This document shows, one piece after another, positions 1 to 13,500 of a stretch of DNA of 64,000 nucleotides; the stretch's first letter is position 1; each line of letters opens with the position of its first letter. A program made the translations under genes and the position numbers. Under the pieces are notes generated by a model that did not search any database, had not been told where the DNA came from, and was given only the letters and a program-made list of their open reading frames with translations. The DNA comes from Eledone cirrhosa (taxonomy: Eukaryota), in the NCBI GenBank assembly GCA_964016885.1, contig OZ024742.1:210552001-210616000 (forward strand). Reading direction: 5' to 3'.

Positions 1-339
1 CTGTTCGAAAAACTCCAAATTTCCGAAATGCTAAAGTCCCCTACTGTCTTCGAGTCGGTGGAGTTCGTTACATTGAAAGTTATCTCAAAATAACCAACGT
101 CATGATGACCTCATAAACTAGTGTACGTTTCAGATAGTGTGCAGTTGTTAACTAAAGAAAAAGACGTTACGATTTCTAGAAATTGCTTCCGTTTTACTTT
201 TCATCACCGCCATCGCCACCGCCAACACACTTTTATTTTCGCTAGTTTTACACGGCAATTGGTTACCATGAATGTATTTATTTATGTATGTATGCTCATG
301 GAAATAAATCAAATCTACATGCCATCACCATAAATGAAA

Positions 340-1290
340 CTTCAGGGTCAGTTCGTCTCGTGGCCCCGGCCGACTGGATGGAGAGGCCGGCGAGGGAGAT
401 ACGCTGAAACAGCCACCCCTTCTCGTGAGACTCGCACTTGCGGATAGCCAACTCTGCTCTGGTAGCAAAGACCGCCGGAAGGCTCCACTGTCACAGGCTT
501 AACCACACGCCTATCAGAGAGCGGCCGATACTTTAACAGTTTGCCCTCTTCGGTCTAGCGGACAACGAAGTCTGGGCTGGTAGCCGAACGCACCAGGCTG
601 TTGCTAGAGCAGGTGTCACAACATGTAGCATCCGAAACGAGGGGATTACCCCAACAGAACGAGAAGATTGTCAGGCCATTAGGCCTTTTGCTGTCCCGCG
701 ATCCAGCCTAGCTGGCTTGAGAAGCCTGTGCCATTTAGGCCATGCTTCCCTTGTTGAGAGTAGCATGACATGGGAGGCGGCCAACACTATAACGACGTGA
801 TAATGGGTGGAGAACAAATTAATCCAGTGAGGTTGGGAGGCTGAGCGAAAACTTGCCAGACGATGCTGGTCGAGCTGGCGCACCAGCCTGTCTGAGGTTA
901 TGTTGCACAGGATGGTGTCCCATTTGTTTTCGGGAAACTAGACGTCTACGAAGGGTATAGGGGTGGACAACCGCAGAGCGGAGGCCGAGCTAATTCCATG
1001 TCGCGTAGGCCGCCCCACGTTCCCTGATCACAGTAAGTTCAGTTGTGTTGTGGAGAACCCTGTTGAGGACACAGCAAGAGGTCACGAGCGAAAGAAAAGT
1101 CGGCAGGGCCAGTGAAACTGGAGACTGGAGACCGAAGCTGCCAAATCTGACGAGTAAGGTGGCCTATTGCCACCCGGTATCATCCCGTCGGATGCAGACG
1201 CCGAGATCTGAGGAGAGAAGCTTGGCTGTAGCAGGGGGCACTGCGAAAGGTGTATAGGATTTGCGGCATGACGAAGAAGTTCCTTAACAA
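340..1290 (-). mobile_element. Degraded CRE-clade non-LTR retrotransposon fragment (restriction-like endonuclease region)
   Basis: Minus-strand translation across frameshifts gives PARLDRGDSKRPNGLTIFSF...LVSDATCCDT, matching the R-x-D-G-K-R-P-D-G...W-D-x-T-C motif of CRE-type REL domains. GC-rich relative to its flanks. Confidence 0.7.
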
Positions 1291-1324
1291 AAAAAGTGCT
1301 AAGTTGGTGTCGATCAGGTACAGT

Positions 1325-1470
1325 ATGCTCGTCAGTGTCTAGCTGGCCCTTACGTTCTGAGTTCAAATCCCGCCGAAGTTTGCTTTTCATCCTTACGGGG
1401 TCTATAAAATAAAGTACCAGTAATGTACTGAGATAATTGCTGGCCATGTGCCAAAAGTAGAAACAATTAT
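1325..1470 (+). mobile_element. tRNA-derived SINE fragment with Meta-like central domain
   Basis: B-box-like GAGTTCAAATCC followed by TTTGCTTTTCATCCTTACGGGGTCTATAAAATAAAGTACCAG, shared with copies at 4.8, 5.4, 5.6, 13.7 and 51.0 kb. Confidence 0.75.
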
Positions 1471-1559
1471 TAATAAGAAATAGCAATAAATTTGTATAGA
1501 AATAAAAAGAAAGTAACAAAAAAAAAATGTGGCACACTCGATCATACGTCACAACAGAG

Positions 1560-2260
1560 GGCACTGGAACTTAACCTCTAAATAATTTTTAAGCAAGCCA
1601 AACACTCGCTGAATTGCTGTAGGTGATAGTTAAGCTAGGGCGTTGGAATAATCCGACACCCTCGCGGGCATCACCAAATACAGCGGCAAGTCAAGCCACC
1701 AAAAATGACAAGAACTTCGGTGTCAATGGCCCAACTAACCCGAACTTCTCGAACGCCACAAGCTGAAAAACTAGTTTACTAATATTTCCTGATCTTTTAG
1801 ATTATTCTGTTCGGCTACGGAATATCTTGGATGAGGGAAGAAGCTAAAGAGCTGGTAACAGTAGTGACCCAAATAAGTCATCTACTTTTTGACCAGGAGC
1901 AAAGACCATCTAGCATACCGTCTCGTCCCATCAACCCTGGATAATTCAGCTGGTTCTAGAATTGAGGGAAGTTCTACTTGATAATAAGGTTCAGCTCAGT
2001 ATGGCCTATATCCCCAAATCGTTTAGGCAAAGCTGCCTGATCAAGGGACATTAAATTAACCCGTCCCCTAAGGGACGTGGGACGGTACCTTAAGCATGCG
2101 TTAACTCGTCTTGCCTTCCATGTTGGGGTTTCAGTGATGTCCAAAGAACAGTGGACCAGGCGGAGACAGGTTACATGGCGTTACATGGCATCCCATCAGA
2201 TCACGAAATTTAATAATCGTCCTTGACAGCGAAGGATTACTGAAAATACCGATATGCATT
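1560..2260 (-). mobile_element. Second, more diverged CRE-like non-LTR fragment (REL domain)
   Basis: Minus-strand pieces read PSILEPAELSRVDG..., PWSKSR*LIW and GDAREGVGLFQR, resembling the CRE C-terminus. Many stops. Confidence 0.55.
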
Positions 2261-3029
2261 AGTTCATCGAGTTAACAACCCCTTGACAAACACACACATG
2301 AAAAGCATGCATTCGATACAGAGGGGTCTACATTAAAGGTTTCTATTTAGCCACATTTCAATGACTGAAAAGAATAAAAGAATTGCTGTAACCTAATTCT
2401 GCAAACCGGTTTTATAGCATGATACTAGCTTGAGAGATTATCGATTTTAAGTGCTTTTGTGTTAAAAAAAAAAAAAGCCTGAAACTATGACTTTTGGTTA
2501 TGCAACACATTCAATCAATAAATACACAATTGGTGAACTCGATCAGGACTAAACAATAAATGTATTTAGTGATTACTTTAAAAAAAGAAAAAAAAAAAAA
2601 AAGGTGATAGACAATATGTGATCAAAAATATTGTTTGCGAACATTTACAGTGGAAACTTTTCTGAAACACTTGGTCTACACTAGTTATTCGCAAAGGGCA
2701 GTTGCACACATAAAATAAAAAAATGAACTCTTTAAATTGAAAAAAAAAAAAATTGAAAAATATATTTACTTAGGGCCCCCGACTCTACCAGCCTTTAATT
2801 CGTATCTACGTCGTATCGTAGAAAATTCCTTAAGAATCAAGCAATCCGGTTTGATTTTCAGTTGTAGCAATTTTACTTCACCTGTATCGCCAGTGATATT
2901 AAAAAAACTATTTTATGGCTTAGTCAAAGGAGGAAGGGCAGCACATATAACCTTTATTAGAAGTTATATTGTGTAAAATATGTGAGCTCTATTAATTACA
3001 CGCAAGGGCTAGTTGGTGGTGTCAAACTG

Positions 3030-3200
3030 GGTGGCGGATTATGTTTACACCACTCCCAAAACTGGACGGTTCCTCGACAGGTTTCCATAGTTTTCGTCTA
3101 TCAAATTTCATTCACAAAGCCTTGGTCGACCCGAAGCTATAGTAGAAGACACTTTTCCGAAGGGTTAGGCAGTGGAATTGAACTGGAAACGACAAGCTTT
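3030..3200 (-). mobile_element. tRNA-derived SINE relic
   Basis: Minus strand has a B-box-like GTTCAATTCCACTGC and an AAGTGTCTTCTACTATAGC body. Confidence 0.5.
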
Positions 3201-4801
3201 GAAAAAGGCATAGACATTCCTTAAAGTAATTCCCTCGCTCTGAGACCTTTTTACTGCCCGAAGAAATAAACAACACTTTCAATAAATAGAAAGTAGTTAA
3301 TTTCCACCTTTTAAATACGGTCAAGTCCTTTCATTAGAAAAGACGGTGTTAGCCCAGGTCATAATTACTTTAAAAAAAATATATATATAAACTTGCGTAA
3401 TCGTCAACACAATATCACTATTAGAAAGAGAATAAAGTCACATAAGCAGGTAATACACACATCTAGGACCTCATACAACAAAAAGTAGGCGAAAAGGGTG
3501 GACAAACGTACCGCCGCAAGAGCAAAAGATAATGTCGCGAGGAACACTGGGAAATCTCTGTAATAATGTTTGAGGCAAGCCAGCACATTCGCAATGTCTA
3601 CTTCTTCTATGTAAGGAATATATTGTCAAGGCTTTCCCATGCCAACCGTAAACTTACACTTTCCAGTCAATCTTCATTACAAGGCAGCACAAATTTAATC
3701 TGAATTCGCGAGTAAAAAAAAATCATTAACGAGTTTCTTGCACCAAGTTTATATCACCAATAATTCACCCCCCCCCCCCCCTCCATTCATGTAAATTACA
3801 AGTTTACTAAGGTTATGTTGCTGATAGAAATGCGCGCATTCTGAATCTTGTATCAGGATTTAATCAAATTTACTTTCTTCTGTCCTGTTAAAATTTAAAC
3901 GATATAATTAGGAATAAGGGAACCGAGATTTTAGCTAAAAAGAATATAGTTAAGAAGGAAGAACGCGTGTGTGGGTTAGATTCAGCAATACAATTTTACC
4001 AGTTTTTACTATTAATTCCAATCACAAAAGATCTTGAGTGATGTGAGAATGAATATTTATAATTGTTTTTACTATTGCAACTGACGGAACTTCAAAAACT
4101 TTGGCGTTAATAGTTCTTTTCCTACACGTTAATGAAATTAGATAATCCAAACTTGATCTTCATAAAATATCTTGACCATACTTTCCATTTCACATGTCCC
4201 TGAAGAATAATTACCTTCAAATATTAACTATCTGTTAAGAGAAAGTTACGAAAATACATATTTATCAATGACGGCGGTGAAAAAACTTTGAAAAAATGAT
4301 TTCACTTTCAGCCACAAAATGATTAGCGGGGAAGTAACTGCGTAATTAACCAATGAGATGCAAAAAAACCTTGACAGTAAAGCCCTTGATCATTTCTACA
4401 CGATTAGGGTTGACCGGAGGCTAAGGAACTAAAAATAGCAACTATTAAATTCACATGTCCATTATGAGCCATTCTATGTGTTCGCCCGTCCTGCTAGAAA
4501 TAGCAGGTAAATACCCATTACCGAGGAAAAAAAAAAAGACACTGCATTGCGTAGTATTGGACATACTTATAAAAAGATGGGATAATCACAACTGGAATGC
4601 CTTTGATCACAGCTGCTCAACCAAGACTGGTCAGGGGCTGAACAATAATATACCATCTACGGAAGACAAAAGTCAGAAATGTTAGAAATTATCTACACCA
4701 CTACAACATTCACAGTGCATACATACACCATGTTTGTTATATTAATGATCTCTACACGGTAGGCCAAAATAGCACAATTTATCATTATGGATCAATTAAG
4801 A

Positions 4802-5785
4802 GTGGTGGATTGTTGGCAGAATCAGTAGAGTGTTGAACAAAATGCTATGCAGTATCTTTAGTGTTCTGAGTTCAAATCCCACGAAGTCAACTTTGCTATT
4901 CATCCTTCTAAGGATGATAAAGTATCAGTCAAGTCGTGGGAAAAATTTGACTTTCCCATTCTCACAAAACTGCTCACCCAGATTAAATGATGACAATAAC
5001 GATTATGGTTAAAAAAAAAAAATCAAAAAGACAATCCTGCGTATATCAATGTTTATCCTCCTATTTACTCAGGGGGAGGAGACAGAAATATCACAAGTAA
5101 CCTGATTAAACCATAAACACTTTACTGGGATGTACACCTCTAAATGTAAGTACAGAAGAATAGGCAACTGTTATACTAAGTTCCCCTCCATAATTTAAAG
5201 ACAGACAAGTTGAAAAATAAGCAAACATTCTCAGACTGTCACGCTGCATGTGGTCTTTAACTAGGCATAGGAATGGTAAATTTAGAGCATTGTATCTGCA
5301 GATCACTGATTAACTACTTGTGGGGCGTAGGTCTAACCAGTGTCAAAAGTAGAAACAATTATTAGGTCTATTACTGAGGGCAGTGGATTGACAGTATCAG
5401 TAGAGTCGGACGCCGTGCTTTGCAGTATAGTTACGGCCCTTTATAATCCGAGTTCAAATCCCGCAGAGGTTAACTTTGCCTTTCATCCTTACGGGGGTTG
5501 ATAAAATAAAGTACCAGTCATGTACTGGAGTCGATTTATCGACACGCCCCCCCAAATTGCTGGCCTTGTGCCTATATAAGAAACCATTATTAGGTCTATT
5601 ACTAGGGTGGGGACCTGGCAGAGTGGTTAGAGCATTAGACAAATGCTTAGCAGTGTTTGTTGAGTTCATATCCCATTGGGGTCAATTTTGTCTTTCGTCC
5701 TTTTGGAGTAAAAATAAAATAACTACTTGGGTTAATATTATTGACTTTCCTTTCTCCCTAAATTGCTGGCCTTGCACCAAGGTTA
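4802..5785 (+). mobile_element. Cluster of three same-orientation Meta-type tRNA SINE copies (about 4802-4990, 5378-5590, 5606-5785)
   Basis: Each has an A-box-like TGGCAGAATCAGTAG/TGGCAGAGTGGTTAG head, a GAGTTCA(A/T)ATCC B-box and the shared body. The second and third end in AAATTGCTGGCCTTG. Confidence 0.75.
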
Positions 5786-8769
5786 GTATTTATCAGTGAA
5801 TGTTTATATTTGATGGTCTGAGTGTAATGAAAACAAGAAAAAACTAAGTACATTTCCTAAAATACCCAATACTGAAAGATACACAGACCACCTGTAAATC
5901 TTCAGAGAACATTAAATGTTAGATAAGTGTAATTACATAAGATTTTTTTAATGCTAGTGCAATGGACAGTAAACAAAATGACTAAATGTATATTTCACAA
6001 CACTTCACAGTAAATTTACTAAGAAGAAACCAATTTGTAGTAATAGCTAATTACTGAAAATTCTAAATCCCCGATCAAAACAATAGTTGAAGTTACATTT
6101 TAAACAAACCTTCAGTAAACTAGCTCTCCCCAGACCATAAGTTTCCTTGAACTGATTTTTTTTTCAAATTTTAACTGGAAAAACTAGTATTGCCGTTTGT
6201 ATGATTAATGGATATTAAGACTACTAGTACATGCAAATATCTTATTTTTTAAACAAGTCTAATAAATATTAGCAGAAAGTTGGCCAAATGTCAAAATAAT
6301 TAAAAGATAAAATAAATATGACAATTGACACAATTCAGCTATAAAAACATGAAATTCTTTATAAAATAAGGGGAGGGGAAATAAAAAGAGCCACTGACGC
6401 AATATAAATTATAATCTCTCAATATTAAAAAATGTTTTATCGCCATAATAATGTAAAGTTTGGAAGCTGAGATTGAAAGGAGCAATGCTAGTTCGTCTTA
6501 AAATTTACAAAATATCAATATATGATTAAAATTGCAGCTTTTTTTTTAATGTTGATGTCACTGTAAAATAATCATACTGTAGCATCCAGTAAGCAAACCA
6601 ACAACACAATAGCTAGTTTTTAAAGCTTTAATGCTATATGAGGACAAAGACCATCATGTAATGAATTTTTAATATCCTTTTTAAGGAAGACTGGACTTTA
6701 TCCTGTATTAAAATAGTAATTTGAGCAACTGATAGCATAAATTCATTAAACAATGAGGGCATAGTATAGTTATATTTTCAAACTTTGACATATGAAGATT
6801 CCTTTAACCATTTTCCTGCAGAATAAGCATCATAATATGCCATGTGTTGCTATATTTATTCACATATGTTTGTAACTCTCTAAAATTTACATACAATACA
6901 TTTCCCGTCATGTTCTAACCCTATTGTTAAATAGTTATTTCTCCAAAGTTACACATTTTCAATACAAACTTTAAGGTTTCTCTTATGTAAACCATTAATT
7001 TATCGAAACAATTTCTTAGTTTGTATGATTGTTCATATATCCAGCATACTAATCCTTGATTCCAAAAATTAAATATGTTCAATGCTATTGCTATCTTTAT
7101 TGACAACACAAGTCCTCTACTGCCTACATAGAAGATAAACAACCCCTCATACTTATGCCATTAGTAATTGATAAAGAGTAGGGAAGAAGAAACACACTCA
7201 CCAATGTCATGTTTAAGATCTCATTTAAATAAAGGATACTTAACCTTGTCCCTACTGTCATATTAGAAACTTTATAGGAAAATAAATAAATACCAATCAT
7301 TCTAATATTCCCAATATAAATATCTTAATAAGGAATTATTATTCCCAACAATAGCATTTAGTTCTAATTTTGAATTTTAGCTACATATAAATGCAAATTT
7401 TTCAAGGAACTATTATGTGTAGTCAAAGAAAATTATAACTGCACAAAGACAGTTCTTTGTCAGACTAGATCTGAAGTTTGTATCATCACTGCGAGCTCAT
7501 GAAAATGGCACAAGGACATTTAGAGAACTTTGCGATTGACATAAGCAAGCCCAACCTGATCAGGTGTCAATGAACATTGTGATAAATTTTACATCAGGCT
7601 CTCTATAAAAATGCTACAAAATCATCATTGAAGTCTGTTTTCCCTGTTAGCAATGATTGGACATATATTTCAGCCAGTACTTGTCTGGAGACCCTGATCT
7701 CCCGGTGAACTGGGGGTTCAACATACTATCCTGTGATTTACAAGTACATTTTATCATTGCACCATCACTAGGAAAGTTGCCGTGTCCTTGGCATAGCTGA
7801 TGAGCCTTCCTGACCCTTTGTTTGGCAGGTATTGCCAATGCAATAAGAATTTTTGGAAACTATACATGCATGGTATAGAACAAATGCTATATATGTCCCC
7901 CTATTTAAGAAAGGATCAGATGTAAATAACATTTTCATAATGCCAGACATGTGCAGAAAAGGTCTAGCATTCTATGTAATAGAAACATTTTTTAACGGTA
8001 CTGGTGCAACAGCTGGAATGAAATAGACTTAAGGACATTGAGTTTTATGCAATACAAGATCAAGATATATATATTGCTTTACAAATCTGGAAAAATTGAC
8101 CTGTGTGTAGATATCCATGTCAGCTACTTACCTATATTCAATCCTGTTTGACCACACTAATAAGGTATAAAATTAGTTAGCAAAGGATAACTTATGTGAA
8201 TGCAGCACCTATATCCCTAACAAAACAGTTTCCATAAAAAGTTGTCTAAAATAAATTCATAGTAATTTCTAATTTTGAGTTAGATTATAGTGGATTTAAT
8301 TGAGATTCCAGTATTTGATTAGTATATATTTTGAGCCCTGATTTGACTGCAGAACTCAATGTGAAGAGATATAACTAAATACCACAAGGCTTTCTGTTCT
8401 AACTGTCCTAAGAATAAAATACACTTTGAAGGATTTTACTTTCATGAGTATTTTAAAATATCTATACAACCTGATGCCATGTTTACAAGCCAAGATTTTC
8501 CTGTTTAGAGAACATGGGAACAAAAAATGAAAAGAAAAAATATTTTTAAACAATAATCAACTTTAATTCTTTTCGAATGTAATTTTTTCCCCATTTAAGC
8601 AGGAAAATACACTGTAATTGTAGTTAAGATTGAGAAGGGGAAAAAAACTCACTTCAAGATAATTACATTTCAAGAATCAAGTAACAAGGTATAAAATTTA
8701 GATGAATATTTGAAATGAGTACGTTACCACCCCCATTTCAATCTCAATTATGTTAATCATTCATGGTAT

Positions 8770-8890
8770 ATTTATATATGTGTGTGTGTGTGTGCGTGTG
8801 TGTATGTATGTATATATTATATATGCATACATATATATACACACACACACATGTATATATATATATATATATATAGAGGGAGAGAGAGAT
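8770..8890. repeat. Compound (TA)/(TG)/(CA)/(GA) microsatellite
   Basis: Direct reading. Confidence 0.95.
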
Positions 8891-10469
8891 TTATAAATAA
8901 TTTATGTAAAGAAAGTTAAATTTTTTAATAGTATCCTAAAATTATACTCAAATAATCACACTAAAAGGAAAAATTAAAATTATTAGTAACTATGCATGAG
9001 TTAGATTATATATAAAAAAAAACTGTACTGAGTTGTAGAGATATATCTTGAAGTATAAACTGGTTTCATTAAGCTATTAATATTTACCGAAATAAAAATA
9101 ACTCCACACATCACTTAAGAAATGAGAGAATTTACCATTGTATTTGTGCCAGTAGTCAAATAGAATCTTTGTTGACTTTTCACTAGAATCTCTTAGAATG
9201 TGCACAACATAGCTTTAATTTCCACTAAAGAATTATTACAGAAGATCTAGATTTGCTCAATTTTTCTTTAAATCAATCAAAGAGTACATATAACAACAAC
9301 ATTTACATACCAATAGACATTTGAGCAATTCATAGTTCTCAAAGCGGAAGAAAAATAGTTTCTAGAAAATAGCTCAAGAGATTTACACTGATAACTTCTT
9401 TTGAAGATCACATGATATTTGCATTGGATTGCTTGACAAATTAAGAACCATACAAAAGATACTCGATACGAATTCATTGTTGTGTTGTCAACCAAATGCA
9501 CCTTCTTTAAGAGGTGCTATGTTGCATGTTAAAATATTGAGCAGAGCATAATCAACATTCTTAGTCAATTCAGTTTGGCAAAGGCACTTTCACACGACAA
9601 TTAAAATAAGCAATGTGAAGTATTGGAAATTGCTCTAATCAAAATTAAATTTGCTAAATTTATATAATAGAAATAGAGAAAAGTACAATACAGTTTTTAA
9701 TGGTAACTTAAATTCAGGTCTCAGTAAAGATTTCTAGAAGTTAAGGTTAAAAATCATCAACACATAAATATATATCCATTTAAAAAATAAACAACTCTGG
9801 AACAATTAATGCAAGGGTTGAAAGGATAACCAAATTTCCAAAAAAAAAAAATACCCATAACAAAGGTAATGAGTAAGAAATTGATTTGTATTTCAAAGAA
9901 AACCTATGATATTAGCAAATATAGAAATTTTAACATCAGGTAAAGCCACAATTAATAAAAAAATTATGTGGTAAAAAAAACAAAACAAAGAAAAAAGTGC
10001 GTTAACTTTGCTAAATTAGATTTTAAACTAAATTCTTTAATTAGTTAAAAAAAATAAACTTTTTAAAAATCCCATAAATTCTGCTGGAGAAATAACAATG
10101 CATTAAAAGCATTGTAATTTACAAATTTTAATTTAATTCTGATGTTTTGTTAGAAAAGAACAACTACATTGCAAATGAGTGGACAACCATCACCAGCCAA
10201 CCAAAACATTAGCACATTCCCAGTTGTCTTTGCAACATAAAACAAATAGTTAGAAGGGAAATTTCAGAAAAATCCGTCAGTGTCAGAGTCTGTCATGTTA
10301 TGAAATGGAGGGTGAATAGTATATTTTTCAATCATGCACCTAGAATCAGTCTGTTGTCAAACAAAATCCCTGTTTAATTGCGTCATTTCCTTTTTGTATT
10401 TTTCTTGTTGTTTTTTTTTTTTCACAGGCTAATTATTTGAAGTCCACTTCCAACTAAAGTAAACACAAG

Positions 10470-10586
10470 TCATTTTATATATTGGGCCATCCACCGAAAG
10501 CCCTCTCCATAGCCTTGTCGTTTTAGGATACTGCACATAAACAGTTCCATAGGTCGGCCATGCAATTCACTGCGGGGACTAGTACC
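10470..10586 (-). CDS. SAR1: SAR1 last coding exon
   Basis: tttcag|GGT ACT AGT...[11 protein letters not shown]. Confidence 0.96.
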   Translation of the reverse strand, partial: GTSPRSELHGRPMELFMCSILKRQGYGEGFRWMAQYIK

Positions 10587-13500
10587 CTGAAAAGAAATAA
10601 AATTGGATTGTAAATAATAATAAAAAAATAGATAAAAATAAAAAATGAAATATTGTTTTATAATATTAGCTAAGATTTAGATCAAGTTACAAGAGTTTGC
10701 ACGTACTAGTTTGTAACACTGTTTCTATTAACTTCATTTTTGTATTAAACAGAGCAAATAGACAATGAGAAATGAAAATTTAAGAGTCCTAAAGTCATAC
10801 TATACTGAAATTGATTGACAAGATTCAATCTCGTGTTTACAGAGTAGGTAGAGCTCGATAAATCATACCAAAGAAACAATGTTTCTATTGCTGATACTAT
10901 CTACCATCACAACCCCTGGCAGAAAGATAACATGAAATAAAGTGTCTCACTCAAGGACATAAGATATCACCTAATCTGGGAATTAGACTCTCAACCTCAC
11001 GATTGCAAATCCAATTCTCTAAACACAATCCATGTACCTTCACTGTATAGTAATGGAATTGGCAAAATAATGTCTGAGAACCCAAAGAAAAAGAAAAATT
11101 AAATATCCCCAAACTTTTAAAAAAATCTTAGAAATCTACAATCTTGATATAGTGGAGCAACACACTTGACAGAAAAATAGGAATGAAAGAATATTATAAT
11201 TCTTAAACATGTCAGTATGAAATTAGCCATGCAGTAGCAAAGAACAGAAAACAACAGTTACAATAAGAGGAATTAAGAGAATAAATAGTATAAAAGATAT
11301 AATAGAAAAGGTTTTCTTAAAAATAATGTTTATAGAAAACCAAGTAAAAAATGGAGAATATAAACAAGACATGGTCACTTAATCAGTCGAGCCCCAGTAT
11401 ATAGCAGCCCACAAAGGAACTGAAAATAGATGATAAATGGTGGCAGTGGTGATGATGAAAACAATGCATTAGGAAATGATTAAGCTCAGATTTCAATGTG
11501 AAAATGGTAAAGCAACAGGCTCAAAAGTATTTCTTAAGTCTGAATATTTAATGAGTAAGCGAGTTGATATAGTACTAAATAACTAGCTAAAGAGTTAACA
11601 GCTTGTATATGGTCACTATTATATGTTGTGTACTTTATTCAGCCAATCTAACTGAAAATATACATATGACTGAGTAGGATACCTCACCATTGTAAGCTAT
11701 GCCAGTACTGAGCATTAGACAGTGTTGCACTCAAATCTTTCAGTAGATTTGAGCTACGATAGATGCACTAAAAACAGACATCCATTTAGTTCTCTTCAGC
11801 TTTCAGAAAATAGCATCCCTGCCTTCTGAGTGCAAAGTTCAAAGGAGTGACTCTCAGAAATCTGGCCTGAAGCTCCTATTGAAGTCAGATTAATTATTAT
11901 CTAGAATAAGGACGGGTTGGAAGAAGTTTAAGGAGCTGCTTCTTCTGCTGACGAAGAAGGGTTTCTCCTTGCATACGAAAGGCCGGTTATAAGATGCCTG
12001 TGTGAGGAGCGCAATACTGCATAGTAGTGAGACATGGGCAGCAACTGCAGAGGATATGCGACGGCTGGAGAGAAATGAGGCTAACATGTTCCGTTTGATG
12101 TGCAATGTCAATGTGCGTGAACGACCGAGCATGGATGTGTTGAGAGAGAAACTGTGTCTGAGAGAGGAGACTGCGATGGTATGGACATGTGATGCGCATA
12201 GAGGATGACCGATGGGTGAAGAAGTGCCAGTTGAAGGAAGATGTGGTAGAGGTAGACCACGAAAAACATGGGGCGGAGGTGGTGAGAGCAAACCTCAGAT
12301 CGCTGAAGCTCACAGTGGAGATGACGAAAGACCGTGATAAGTGGAGAGATACTGTGCTGAGTAGGACCCGTCCCACCCTTGCAAGCAGGGAAAAACAGAC
12401 GTAAAATGATGATGATGATATAGTCACAATTATGGCTTACTAACCTGCAATGAAATGGAACTAATAGAACAAAGTATTTATGTTAAGGAAAATGAAGTTT
12501 GATAGTGGTACCTTTCCTAAAATAGTTGATTCTTTCAAAAACATGACACTCCAAATGTGGTTTAATTATGCATTTAGGCCTAATTAGGCAAGATTTCAAT
12601 CAATTCCCTGACCATTCAAATTGTCATATTTCACAAATAAGGTATCAAAATGATTTTTTCTTTTGGATGCTCTCCAAGAAAAAGTAGATATAATTATTTT
12701 CAAAAATTCATGGTGATACCTAATATAACTAAAGAAAACAGCATGAAAAATAAAATATTACCTTTCCTGTTGTTTGAGCATGTAATCCAAAATTAATGCG
12801 AATTTCATCTTCACTGGCAGCTCCTGCTTTATCAATTTTATTACCAAGAATTAAAATGGGAGCATTAGCAACTTGTTCATCTGTCAGCAGACTCTACAGG
12901 AAAAAAAAAAAAAAGAAAAGAAAAATACAATTTAAATGTTAATTTATCTGACTGGTTATGAACCTAAGTGAAAATCATCATCGTCATCACAATTAAACAT
13001 CCATTTTCCATGCTAGCATGTGTTAGAAGATTTGTCCCATTGTGAGACAAGTCAGATCATATGACCATGTCTTGCTCATACAGAACTTCTCTGGCTTGGT
13101 TTCTATGATCAGATGCTCTCCCTAACATCAACCACATTTATAGCGTGGACTGGATGCTTTTTTATTGTGGCACCAAAATGACCAACTGACAGGTTGAACT
13201 GGGTAACATAATTCCAATGCAGAATACTGTATATTAGAAACATGTATTATAGTGTAAATAAATACAATTGTTCCTATGATAATTCAAGTACACATCTAAA
13301 TGACTACTCAATTCTTGCTTGCACTGGCAACTTTAGATAACCCCCGAGATGGAAATCTGATAAGAAACAGCTTATGAAAAGATATCTAACAATTATTTTT
13401 CCTTAGTGAATATAAACATAATTCTATTTGTAAATATTTGCATAATAATCTGAAAATTCCAAATAGCAATAATCATTGTTGAGATGTTTGACACCTCACT

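Noticed and set aside
7790-7895. Hammerhead-like CTGATGAG...GAAAC with stem CTATAC/GTATAG
   Set aside because: The required U16.1 is an A, the stem II closing pair is absent and stem I is imperfect. At best a dead relic.
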